NCBI GenBank assembly: GCA_964016885.1
Contig: CAXHJY010000889.1
Span: 64,001 to 128,000, forward strand
Reading direction: 5' to 3'
From: Eledone cirrhosa
Taxonomy: Eukaryota
DNA: 64,000 nucleotides
Shown here: in pieces, positions 40,857 through 52,462 of the stretch
How positions within the stretch are numbered: the first letter of the stretch is position 1
Layout: each line of letters opens with the position of its first letter
Translations under genes and position numbers: made by a program
The notes under the pieces: model-generated
What the model was told of the DNA's origin: nothing
The model's database searches: none
What the model saw: only the letters and a program-made list of their open reading frames with translations

Positions 40857-43800
40857 TTTAAGTCTAAGGCTTGATGTTGGGGTTTAAGTCTATGTCTAAG
40901 GGTTGGGGTTGGGGTTTAAGTCTAAGTCTAAAGCTTGTATTTGTGGTTCAAGTCTAAGTCTAAGGCTTGAGTTTGGGGTTTATGTGTAAGTCTAAGTTTA
41001 AGGTTACGTCTAAGGCTAGGGGTTGGGGTTTAAATCTAAGTCTGAGGCTTGGGTTTGGGGTTTAAATGTAAGCTTTGGGTTGGGGTTAACGTCTAAGTCT
41101 AAGGCTTGTGGTTAGGGTTTAAGTCTAAGTTTAGGGGTTGGTGTTTAAGTTTACGTCTAAGGCTAGGGGTTGGGGTTAAGTCTAAGTCTAAGCGTTGCGC
41201 TATAAGTCTAAGTCTGAGGCTTGAGGTTGGGGTTTAAGTCTAAGTCTAAGGCTTTGGGTTGGGGTTTAAGCCTAAGTCGAAGACTTGGCTTTTGGGTTTA
41301 AGTCTAAGGCTTGTGTTTATGGTTTAATTCTTGGGTTTGGGGTTTAAGTGTAAATCTAAGGCTAATGAGTTGGTGTTTAAGTGTAAGTCTAATGCTAGTG
41401 GTTGGGGTTTAAGTCTAACTTGGGGTTGGGGTTCAACTCTGAGGCTAAAGCTTGGGGTTGGGGTTTAAGTCAAAGGTTTGGGGTTGGGGTTTAAGTTTAA
41501 GTCTAAGGCTAGGAGTTGGTGTTTAAGTCTAACACTAAGGCTTAGGGTTGGGGTTTATGTCTAAGCCTTGTGGTTATGGTTTAATTCAAAAGCTTGGAGT
41601 TGGGGTTTAAGCCTAAGTCTAAAGCTTGGGGTTGGGGTTTAAGCCTAAGGCTTCGGGTTAAGGTCTAAGTGCAAGACTTGGTGTTAGGGTTTAAATCTAA
41701 GTCTAATGCTAGTGGTTGGGTTTTAAGTCTAAGGCTTGGGCTTGTGATTTAAGTCTAAGGCTAAGGCTTGGGGTTTGGGTTTAAGTCTATCTCTAAGGCT
41801 TGGTGTTGGGGATTAAATCTATGTCTAAGGCTTTGGGTTGTGATTTAAGTCTAAGTCTAAGGCCTGGGGTTGAGGTTTAAATCTAAGTCTAAGGCTTGGG
41901 GTTGGTGTTTAATGTAAAGTCTAAGGCTAGTAGTTGGGTCTCAAGTCTAAGTCTAAGCCTTGGGGTTGACGTTAAAATCTAAGTCTAAGGCTTGAGGTTG
42001 GCGTTTAAGTCTACGTCTAAGGCTTGAGGTTGGGGCTTAAATCTATGTCTATGGCTTGGGGTTTAAGTCTAAATCTAAGGCTTATGTTTGGGGTAAGTTT
42101 TAAGTCTAAGGCTTGGGATTGGGATTTAAGTTTAAGTCTAAGGCTTGGGGTTAGGGTTTAAGTTTAAGTCTAAAGCTTCGGTATGGGGTTTAAGTTTAAT
42201 TCTAAGGCTTTTGGTAGAGGTTTAAGTCTGCGACTAAGGCTTGGGGTTGGTCTCTAAGTCTAAGGCTTGGGGTTGGGGTTTAAGTCTAAGTCTTATGCTT
42301 GTGGTTGGGTTTCAAATCTAAGTCTAACATTTGCGCTTGATCTTCAAGTCTAACTCTAAGGCTTGGGATTGGGGTGTAAGTCTAAGTCAAAGGCTTGTGG
42401 TTGGGGTTTAAATCTATCTCTAAGGCTTGGGGTTAAAGTCTAAGTCTACAGCTTAATGTTGGCGAGTAAGTCTAAGTCTAAGGATTGGTGTTGGGGATTA
42501 TATCTATGACTAAGGCTTTGGTTGTGTTTTAAGTCTATGTCTAAGGCCTGGGGCTGGTATTTAAATCTAAGTCTAAGGATTGGGGGTCGAGGTTTAAGAC
42601 TAAATTTAAGGCTTGGGGTTGGGGTTTAATGTTAAGTCAAAGGCTAGGAGTTGGTATTTAAGTCAAAGTCTAAGGCTTGGGGATGGGGTTTGTGTCTAAG
42701 ACTTGTGGTTATAGTTTAATTCTGAGGCTTGGAGTTAGGGTTTAAGTCTAAGTCTAATGCTAGATGTAGGGGTTTAAGTGTAAGTCTAAGGCTTGGGGTT
42801 GGGGTTCGAGTCTAAGTCTAAGGCTTGCGGTTGGGGTTTAAGTCTTGTGGTTGGGTTTTATGTCGAAGTCAAACCTTGGGGTCGGGGTTTAAGTCTAAGT
42901 CTAAGTCTTGGAGTTGGGGTGTAAGTCTAAGTCTAAGGCTTGGGGTTGGGGTTTAAGTCTAAGTCTAAGCCTTTTGGTTGGGGTTTAAGTGTATGTCTAA
43001 GGGTTGGTGTTGGATTTAAGTCTAAGTCAAATGCTTGGGTTTGGGCTTTATGTCTAAGTCTATGTCTTGGGGTTGGGGTTTAAGTCTAAGTTTAAGGCTT
43101 GGAGCTGGGGTTTAACTCTAAGTCTAAGTCTTGAGGTTGGGGTTTAAATCTATGTCTATGGCGTGGAGTTTAAGTCTAAGTCTAATGCTAGTGGTTGGGT
43201 TTTAAGTCTAAGTCTTAGGCTTGGGGTTGGGGTTCAAGTCTAAGTCTAAGGCTTAAGGTTGGGGTTAAGTCTAAGTCTAAGACTTGGGGTTGGGGTTTAA
43301 GTCTAAGTTTAAGGCTTGGAGCTGGGGTTTAACTCTAAGTCTAAGTCTTGAGGTTGGGGTTTAAATCTATGTCTATGGCGTGGAGTTTAAGTCTAAGTCT
43401 AATACTAGTGGTTAGGTTTTAAGTCTAAGTCTAAGGCTTGGGGTTGAGGTTCAAGTCTAAGTCTAAGGCTTGAGGTTGGGGTTTAAGTCTACGTCTAAGG
43501 TTTGAGGTTGGTGTCTATGGCTTGGGGTTTAAGTCTAAATCTAAGACTTATGGTTGGGGTAAGTCTAAGTCTAATGCTTGTGGTTGGGGTTTAAGTCTAA
43601 ATCTAAGACTTTCGGTTGGGGTTTAAGTTTACAAGCTGGGCTAAGGCTTGGGGTTAGGTTTTAAGTCTAAGGCTTGAGGTTGGGGTTTAAGTCTAAGTCT
43701 AAGTCTTGAAGTTGAGGTTTAAATCTATGTCTATGGCTTGGAGTTTAAGTCTAAGTCTAATGCTAGTGGTTGGGGTTTAAGTCTAAGTCTAAGGCTTGGG

Positions 43801-46800
43801 GTTAGGGTTTAAGTTTAAGTCTAAAGCTTCGGTTTGGGGTTTCAGTTTAATTCGAAGGCTTTCGGTAGAGGTTTAAGTCTACGACTAAGGCTTGGTGTTG
43901 GTTTTTAAGTGTAAGGTTTAAGTCTAAGTCTTATGCTTGTGGTTGGGGTTTAAGTCGAAGTCTAAGGCTTGGGCTTGGTGTATAAATCTAAGTCTAACGC
44001 TTGTGCTTGATCTTCAAGTCTAACTCTATGGTTTGGGGTTGTGGTGTAAATCTAAGTCTAAGGCTTGGGGTTCGGGTTTAAATCTAAGTCTAAGGCTTGG
44101 TGTTGGGGTTTGAGTCTAAGTATAAGGCGTGTGGTTGGGGTTTATGTCTAAGACTAAGGCATGGGGTAAGGGTTTAAGTCTAAGGCTAAGGCTTGGGGTT
44201 AGGATGTGAGTATAAATCTAATGCTTGGCGTTAGGGTTTAAGTCTAAGTCTAAGGCTTGGGTTTGGGGTATAAATCTAATTATAAGGATAAGGTTGGGGT
44301 TCGGGTTTAAGACTAAGTGTTGTGGTTAGGATTTAATTCTAAGGCTTGGCGTTGGGGTTTACGTCTAAGTCTAAAGCTTGGGGTAGGGGTTTAAGTCATG
44401 TCGAAGGCTTGGAGTTTAAGTCTAACTCTAAGGCTTTGGTTTGGGGTTTAAGACTACGTGTAAGGCTTGAGGTTGGGGTTTAAGTCTTGGAGTTGGGGTT
44501 TAATTTTACGTCTAAGGCTTGGGTTTGTGGTTTAAGTCTAAGTCTAAGAGTTGGTATTAGTCTTTAAATCTAAGGCTTGGATTTGGGGTGTAAGTCTAAG
44601 TCTAAGGCTTGTGGTTGGGGTTTAAATCCATGTCTAAGGCTTAGGGTTTAAGTCTAAGTCTAAAGCTTAATGTTGGGGATTAAGTCTAAGTCTAAGACTT
44701 AAGGTTGGGGTTTAAGTCTACGTCTAAGGCTTGTGGTTGGGTTTTATGTAGAAGTCTAAACATGGGGTTGGGGTTTAAGTCTATGTCTAAGGCTTGGGAT
44801 TGGGGTTTAAGTCTAAGTCTAAGGATTTGTGTTGGTTTTTAAGTTTACGTGTTGGGCTAAGACTTGGGTTTGGGGTTAAGTTGTAAGTCTAAAGCTTGTT
44901 ATAAGGGTTTAATTCTAAGGCTTGGGGTTGTGGTTTAAGTCTATGTATAAGACTTGGGGTTGGGGTTTAATTCTAAGTCTAAGGCTTTGGTTTGGGGTTA
45001 GTGTCTAAGTCTAAGGCTTGAGGTTGGGATTTAAATCTAAGTCTAAGTCTTGGAGTTGGGGTTTAAGTTTACGTCTAAGGTAAGGGGTTGGGGTGTAAGT
45101 CTAAGTCTAAGGCTTTGGGTTGGGGTTTATGTCTAAGTCTAAGGCTTTGGGTTGGGGTTTAAGTCTAAGTCTAAGCCTTTTGGTTGGGGTTTAAGTGTAT
45201 GTCTAAGGGTTGGTGTTGGATTTAAGTCTAAGTCAAATGCTTGGATTTGGGCTTTATGTCTAAGTCTAAGTCTTGGGGTTGGGGTTTAAGTCTAAGTTTA
45301 AGGCTTGGAGCTGGGGTTTAACTCTAAGTCTAAGTCTTGAGGTTGGGGTTTAAATCTATGTCTATGGCGTGGAGTTTAAGTCTAAGTCTAATGCTAGTGG
45401 TTGGGTTTTAAGTCTAAGTCAAATGCTTGGGTTTGGGCTTTATGTCTAAGTCTAAGTCTTGGGGTTGGGGTTTAAGTCTAAGTCTAAGGCTTGGAGCTGG
45501 GGTTTAACTCTAAGTCTAAGTCTTGAGGTTGGGGTTTAAATCTATGTCTATGGCGTGGAGTTTAAGTCTAAGTCTAATGCTAGTGGTTGGGTTTTAAGTC
45601 TAAGTCTTAGGCTTGGGGTTGGGGTTGAAGTCTAAGTCTAAGGCTTAAGGTTGGGGTTAAGTCTAAGTCTAAGACTTGGGGTTGGGGTTTAAGTCTAAGT
45701 TTAAGGCTTGGAGCTGGGGTTTAACTCTAAGTCTAAGTCTTGAGGTTGGGGTTTAAATCTATGTCTATGGCGTGGAGTTTAAGTCTAAGTCTAATGCTAG
45801 TGGTTGGGTTTTAAGTCTAAGTCTTAGGCTTGGGGTTCAAGTCTAAGTCTAAGGCTTAAGGTTGGGGTTAAGTCTAAGTCAAAAGGTTGGGGTTTAAGTC
45901 TAAGGCTTGGGGTTAGGGTTTATGTCTAAGGATTGGTGTTGGGGGTTTAAGTCTAAGTCTAAGGATTGGGTTTAAGTCTAAGTCTAAGTCTAGTTGTTGG
46001 GATTTAAGTCCAAATCTAAGACTTGGGGTTGGGATTCAACTCTAAGTCTAAGGCTTGGTGTTGGGGTTTGAATCTATGTGTATGGCTTGGGGTTTAACTC
46101 GAAGTCTAAGGCTTAATGTTGGGGTTTAAGTATAAGTCTAATGCTATTGGTTGGGGTTTATGTCGATGTCTAAAGCTTCGGGTTGGGGTTTAAGTTTAAG
46201 TCTAAGGCTTGGATTTTGGGTTTAAGTCTAAGTCTAAGTCTAATGTGGTTGGGGTTTAAGACCAAGTCTAAGGCTTGGAGCTGGGGTTTAAGTCTATTGC
46301 TAAGTCTTGAGGTTGGTGTTTAAATCTATGTCTATGGCTTGGAGTTTAAGTCTAAGTCTAATACTAGTGGTTAGGTTTTAAGTCTAAGTCTAAGGCTTGG
46401 GGTTGAGGTTCAAGTCTAAGTCTAAGGCTTGAGGTTGGGGTTTAAGTCTACGTCTAAGGTTTGAGGTTGGTGTTTAAATCTATGTCTATGGCTTGGGGTT
46501 TAAGTCTAAATCTAAGACTTATGGTTGGGGTAAGTCTAAGTCTAATGCTTGTGGTTGGGGTTTAAGTCTAAATCTAAGACTTTCGGTTGGGGTTTAAGTT
46601 TACAAGCTGGGCTAAGGCTTGGGGTTAGGTTTTAAGTCTAAGGCTTGAGGTTGGGGTTTAAGTCTAAGTCTAAGTCTTGAAGTTGAGGTTTAAATCTATG
46701 TCTATGGCTTGGAGTTTAAGTCTAAGTCTAATGCTACTGGTTGGGGTTTAAGTCTAAGTCTAAGGCTTGGGGTTAGGGTTTAAGTTTAAGTCTAAAGCTT

Positions 46801-48822
46801 CGGTTTGGGGTTTCAGTTTAATTCGAAGGCTTTCGGTAGAGGTTTAAGTCTACGACTAAGGCTTGGTGTTGGTTTTTAAGTGTAAGGTTTAAGTCTAAGT
46901 CTTATGCTTGTGGTTGGGGTTTAAGTCGAAGTCTAAGGCTTGGGCTTGGTGTATAAATCTAAGTCTAACGCTTGTGCTTGATCTTCAAGTCTAACTCTAT
47001 GGTTTGGGGTTGTGGTGTAAATCTAAGTCTAAGGCTTGGGGTTCGGGTTTAAATCTAAGTCTAAGGCTTGGTGTTGGGGTTTGAGTCTAAGTATAAGGCG
47101 TGTGGTTGGGGTTTATGTCTAAGACTAAGGCATGGGGTAAGGGTTTAAGTCTAAGGCTAAGGCTTGGGGTTAGGATGTGAGTATAAATCTAATGCTTGGC
47201 GTTAGGGTTTAAGTCTAAGTCTAAGGCTTGGGTTTGGGGTATAAATCTAATTATAAGGATAAGGTTGGGGTTCGGGTTTAAGACTAAGTGTTGTGGTTAG
47301 GATTTAATTCTAAGGCTTGGCGTTGGGGTTTACGTCTAAGTCTAAAGCTTGGGGTAGGGGTTTAAGTCATGTCGAAGGCTTGGAGTTTAAGTCTAACTCT
47401 AAGGCTTTGGTTTGGGGTTTAAGACTACGTGTAAGGCTTGAGGTTGGGGTTTAAGTCTAAGTCTTGGAGTTGGGGTTTAATTTTACGTCTAAGGCTTGGG
47501 TTTGTGGTTTAAGTCTAAGTCTAAGTGTTGGTATTAGTCTTTAAATCTAAGGCTTGGATTTGGGGTGTAAGTCTAAGTCTAAGGCTTGTGGTTGGGGTTT
47601 AAATCCATGTCTAAGGCTTAGGGTTTAAGTCTAAGTCTAAAGCTTAATGTTGGGGATTAAGTCTAAGTCTAAGACTTAAGGTTGGGGTTTAAGTCTACGT
47701 CTAAGGCTTGTGGTTGGGTTTTATGTAGAAGTCTAAACATGGGGTTGGGGTTTAAGTCTATGTCTAAGGCTTGGGATTGGGGTTTAAGTCTAAGTCTAAG
47801 GATTTGTGTTGGTTTTTAAGTTTACGTGTTGGGCTAAGACTTGGGTTTGGGGTTAAGTTGTAAGTCTAAAGCTTGTTATAAGGGTTTAATTCTAAGGCTT
47901 GGGGTTGTGGTTTAAGTCTATGTATAAGACTTGGGGTTGGGGTTTAATTCTAAGTCTAAGGCTTTGGTTTGGGGTTAGTGTCTAAGTCTAAGGCTTGAGG
48001 TTGGGATTTAAATCTAAGTCTAAGTCTTGGAGTTGGGGTTTAAGTTTACGTCTAAGGTAAGGGGTTGGGGTGTAAGTCTAAGTCTAAGGCTTTGGGTTGG
48101 GGTTTATGTCTAAGTCTAAGGCTTTGGGTTGAGGTTTAAGTCTATGTCTAAGTCTTGGGGTTGGGGTTTAAGTCCAAGTGTTGGGATTGGGATTTAAGTA
48201 TATGTCTAAGTTTGGGGTTTAAGTCTAATGCTAGTGATTTAGTTTTAAGAGTAAGTCTAAGGCTTGGGGTTGGGTTTTAAGTCTATGTCTAAGGCTTGTG
48301 GTTTCTGTTTACGTCTAAGTCTAAGGCTTGAGGTTAAGGTTTAAGTCTATGTCTAATGCTTGGGGTTGGGGTTGGGGTCTAAGTCTTTGGGTTGGAGTTT
48401 AATTCTAAGTTTAAAGCTTGGGTTTACGGTTAGGCTTTAAGACTAAGGCTTGTGGCTGGGGTTCAAGTCTAACTCTAAGGGTTGGGGTTTAAGACTAAAT
48501 CAGAGGTTTGGGGTTGGGGTTTACGTCTAAGTCTAAGACTAGGAGTTGGGGTTCAAATCTAAGTCTAACCTTTGGGGTTGGGGTTTAAGTCTAAGTCTAA
48601 ACTTGCAGTTGGGGTTCAAGTCTAAGTCTAAGGCTTGAGTTTGCGGTTTAAGTCTAAGTCTAATTTTAAGGTTACGTCTAAGGCTAGGGGTTTGGGTTTA
48701 GTCTAAGTCTAAGGGTTGGGGTTTGGGTTTAAGTCTAAGTCTAAGGCTTGGCGTTTGGGTTTAAGTCTAAGGCTTGTGTTTATGGTTTAATTCTAAGGCT
48801 TGTAGTTGGGGATTACGTCTAA
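40857..48822 (+). repeat. G/T-rich satellite B, block B3 (structural variant of B1/B2)
   Basis: Same left junction as B1/B2. Lacks B1 11241-11876, has an extra ~370 bp near 42735-43100, a longer ~2.97-kb duplication (marker at 43628 and 46599) and a different right end. Confidence 0.96.
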
Positions 48823-50387
48823 TTTTTTACGTTTTTCTGATTTTTTGCATGTTTCGAAATCTAAAAAAAACGTAAAAAATTAATGCTTTTACAAATCTTT
48901 CGAAATATCTACTTTCTGGTTTCAAATTTTGCAGATTAAATATTTTTCGAAAAACCTAAAAAAATCAGTTTTCGAAATCAGAAGTTAATTTCGAAAAACG
49001 CAATTTGAAAACCGCATATTAAATTTTTTTCGAAAACCTTATATAATCAATTTTTTTATACTTTTAGAAATATTTATATCTGATTTCAAATATTGATTTT
49101 TTTAGGTTTTTCGAAAACCTTATATAATCAATTTTTTTTAGGTTTTTCGAAAAAGAATGAATGTGAGTTCATAGTCGAAATATATACTTCTGTATTAATC
49201 TTTTTACGTTTTTCTGATTTTTTGCATGTTTCGAAATCTAAAAAAAACGTAAAATATTAATGCTTTTACAAATCTTTAGAAATATTTACTTTCTGGTTTC
49301 AAATTTTGCAGATTAAATTTTTTTCGAAAAACCTAAAAAAATCAGTTTTCGAAATCAGAAGTTAATATTTCGAAAAACGCAATTTGAAAAACGCATATTA
49401 ATTTTTTTTTGAAAACCTTATATAATCAATTTTTTTATACTTTTAGAAATATTTATATCTGATTTCAAATATTGATTTTTTTAGGTTTTTCGAAAACCTT
49501 ATATAATCAATTTTTTTTAGGTTTTTCGAAAAAGAATGAATGTGAGTTCATAGTCGAAATATATATTTCTGCATTAATCTTTTTACGTTTCTGTGATTCT
49601 TTGCATGTTTCGAAATCTAAAAAAAACGTAAAAAATTAATGCTTTTACAAATCTTTAGAAATATTTACTTTCTGGTTTCAAATTTTGCAGATTAAATTTC
49701 TTTCGAAAAACCTAAAAAAATCAGTTTTCGAAATCAGAAGTTAATATTTCGAAAAACGCAATTTGAAAAACGCATATTAATTTTTTTTCGAAAACCTTAT
49801 ATATCAATTTTTTTATATTTTTAGAAATATTTATATCTGATTTCAAATATTGATTTTTTTAGGTTTTTCGAAAACCTTATATAATCAATTTTTTTTAGGT
49901 TTTTCGAAAAGGAATGAATGTGAGTTCATAGTCGAAATATATACTTCTGCATTAATCTTTTTACGTTTTTCTGATTTTTTGCATGTTTCGAAATCTAAAA
50001 AAAACGTAAAAAATTAATGCTTTTACAAATCTTTCGAAATATTTACTTTCTGGTTTCAAATTTTGCAGATTAAATTTTTTTCGAAAAAGCTAAAAAAATC
50101 AGTTTTCGAAATCAGAAGTTAATATTTCGAAATATTGATTTTTTTAGGTTTTTCGAAAACCTTATATAATTAATTTTTTTTAGGTTTTTCGAAAAAATTC
50201 ATAGTCGAAATATATACTTCTGCATTAATCTTTTTACGTTTTTCTGATTTTTTGCATGTAAATCTAAAAAAAACGTAAAAAATTAATGCTTTTACAAATC
50301 TTTCGAAATATCTACTTTCTGGTTTCAAATTTTGCAGATTCAATTTTTTTCGAAAAAATTTTGCAGATTAAATTTTTTTCGAAAAAC
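48823..50387. repeat. AT-rich satellite A, terminal block A4 with simple ~378-bp monomers
   Basis: Marker gaatgaatgtgagttcatag at 49155, 49534 and 49912 (period 379, 378). The array ends abruptly at ...tttcgaaaaac. Confidence 0.95.
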
Positions 50388-50431
50388 ATAGATTGCGTAG
50401 GACTTACCTCGCCCTCAAACCACATAATGAC

Positions 50432-50433
<2 letters not shown>

Positions 50434-50469
<36 letters not shown>
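50434..50469 (+). repeat. G36 homopolymer (G-quadruplex-capable)
   Basis: 36 consecutive G read directly; homopolymer length may be imprecise in the assembly. Confidence 0.9.
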
Positions 50470-50470
<1 letters not shown>

Positions 50471-51576
50471 GTGACTAGGGCTATAACACCCCACTTGCCG
50501 ATTTTTCAATGGGTAACCCCTGCTTGCCAAGGGAGACGTAAGATCTTCTTTTCATTCTTTTATCGCTTCCTTTATTTCCTTCCCCCCTTCTCTCCTTAGT
50601 CCTTCTACCCCAGCTCTTCTCCTTTGTCGGCGTCTTTTCTCGCCCACCCGAGGCTGCCCTTTGGCCCCTTGTAGCCTTAGTACCCCCACCCCCTCCCCTA
50701 GTCTATGATAGATTTGGTGGACTCCGCCTTTTATAGCAGTTGGTTTAGACCCCGGATACTTGCCCCCTTTTTCCGACCGCTCCCACTATTCTCCGTGCCT
50801 TCTATATTTCTTAGTGGCACTTATGCCTTATTTTTTCGTTTCAGTATTTCTTTCTTCGCTTTTCTTTTGGGCGGGGTGGATTCTGAATTTATTTTTCCGT
50901 ATTCTACCTTTACGTCATACGAACTTTCATGTAGCTTGTTTTAGATCTTTTAGAGTTAGCATTAGTATATATTTTTTTCGGGACTCAGAATTATTATCTC
51001 GTACTAGTTCACTTTGCTGCACTGGGTGGTTGCTGGCATTGTGCCCGGGATAGAAACCTTTATTATTTATTTCGTGGTTGTCTCTTTAGTATTTTGGCCC
51101 CTTTTGTTGACCCGTCACCGTATCATTTACGTACTTATACCTCTTAAAAGGGTCCTTGCCTATTCCGTCCCACCTAGTTCTTCTACTTATTTCGTTATTT
51201 CTTTATTTCTTTCTTTACTTCTTTCTTTCTTTCTTTATTTATTTATTCTAGCCTAACAATAGCTAGAGACCTAGGTCGTAGAACTTGCTTTACTTTTTTC
51301 TTTACACTTATTCGCTTTTCTTCACTCGCAGTATTTTTTCTTTCATTTATATTTTTACCCCCCATTGTTCTACCTACCGTTCCGACTTCCTCCCCTCCCC
51401 CTCCCCAGTATCTTCTTTGACCTCATGCCCAGCTGTAGCTGGCACTACCAACGCTTGATTGGGTCTACTCCACCCCTCCCCTCTTTCTCCTACTGGCAGG
51501 TTTAGCCACCATCTCCCCTACTAATTTGCAATCACAGAATTACTACTGATTTTTGACAATCACTTTGACCATATTT

Positions 51577-51686
51577 GGAATTACCCCTTGAGAAGATCGG
51601 CTATTTAAATACCAGGATAAATTTTCATTTAGTCCAGAATTAGCCGTCGAAACGGCTTGAGCTCAGCTGTCGGGGTCTTACTGGTT

Positions 51687-51688
<2 letters not shown>
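51577..51688 (+). ncRNA. Type I hammerhead ribozyme candidate with variant U3:A8 core (HH1)
   Basis: Stem I acccc (51583-87) / ggggt (51672-76); core TTGAGAA 51588-94; stem II ga(t)cggcta / tagccgtc; GAAA 51649-52; stem III acggct / agctgt; GUC cleavage triplet 51669-71. Confidence 0.75.
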
Positions 51689-51733
<45 letters not shown>

Positions 51734-51791
51734 ATATATATATAATATATATATATATTATATATATAATATATATATATTATATATATAT

Positions 51792-51823
<32 letters not shown>

Positions 51824-51831
51824 ATATATAT

Positions 51832-51878
<47 letters not shown>

Positions 51879-51879
51879 T

Positions 51880-51922
<43 letters not shown>

Positions 51923-51938
51923 TATATATAATATATAT
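51689..51938. repeat. (TA)n microsatellite, interrupted
   Basis: Direct reading. Confidence 0.97.
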
Positions 51939-52022
51939 CACGATAAATTAACGGAGGCATAGGCCGTTGTTATTCCCTGTAAATAATGTGCTCAAAGGGG
52001 AAGAGATCCTGAGCCCTTTAAA

Positions 52023-52446
52023 ATATAATATGTTGAGAAGGTAACACACCAGAGAGAGATATATAGTGCGTTATCAATAATACAGGGAAAAAAACCACCA
52101 GTGTATGGAATCTATAACCTATGAAAGGCAGACTATAGACACGATAATTAAAAATATAAATTAAAGCGTAAATAAATACCTTTATAACTATATACACACG
52201 CTGATGAACCGAGACTAGACCATTTCTTTCAACAAATTTTTTGGTGAAACATATCTTTGGATTTGTACGTCTGTTATATAGTTATAAAGGTATTTATTTA
52301 CACTTTAATTTATATTTTTAATTATCGTGTCTATAGTCTGCCTTTCATAGGTTATAGATTCCATACACTGGTGGTTTTTTCCCCTGTATTATTGATAACG
52401 CACTATATATCTCTCCCTGGTGTGTTACCTTCTCAACATATTATAT
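52023..52446. repeat. Long inverted repeat (arms 52023-52200 and 52268-52446)
   Basis: The arms are reverse complements with three transition mismatches in the outer ~170 bp, plus one mismatch and one bulge next to the loop. Confidence 0.95.
52188..52281 (+). ncRNA. Type I hammerhead ribozyme candidate with canonical core (HH2)
   Basis: Stem I ctatatacacacg / cgtctgttatatag; CTGATGA 52201-07; stem II accgaga / ttttggt; GAAA 52246-49; stem III acatatc-tttg-gatttgt; GUA triplet 52265-67. Confidence 0.85.
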
Positions 52447-52462
52447 ATATATATATAATATA

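Noticed and set aside
10626-48822. True telomere or ciliate TTGGGG telomeric tract
   Set aside because: GGGGTT occurs only in short runs within a 32-bp unit, the blocks are internal, and there is no pure terminal array.
1-50387. CRISPR-like repeat/spacer pattern or prokaryotic system
   Set aside because: No unique spacers and no cas genes; the repeats are contiguous satellites in a eukaryotic retroelement context.
50286-51256. Poly-Gly/poly-Pro and hydrophobic ORFs
   Set aside because: Products of the G36 run and T-rich composition, with no recognisable motifs.
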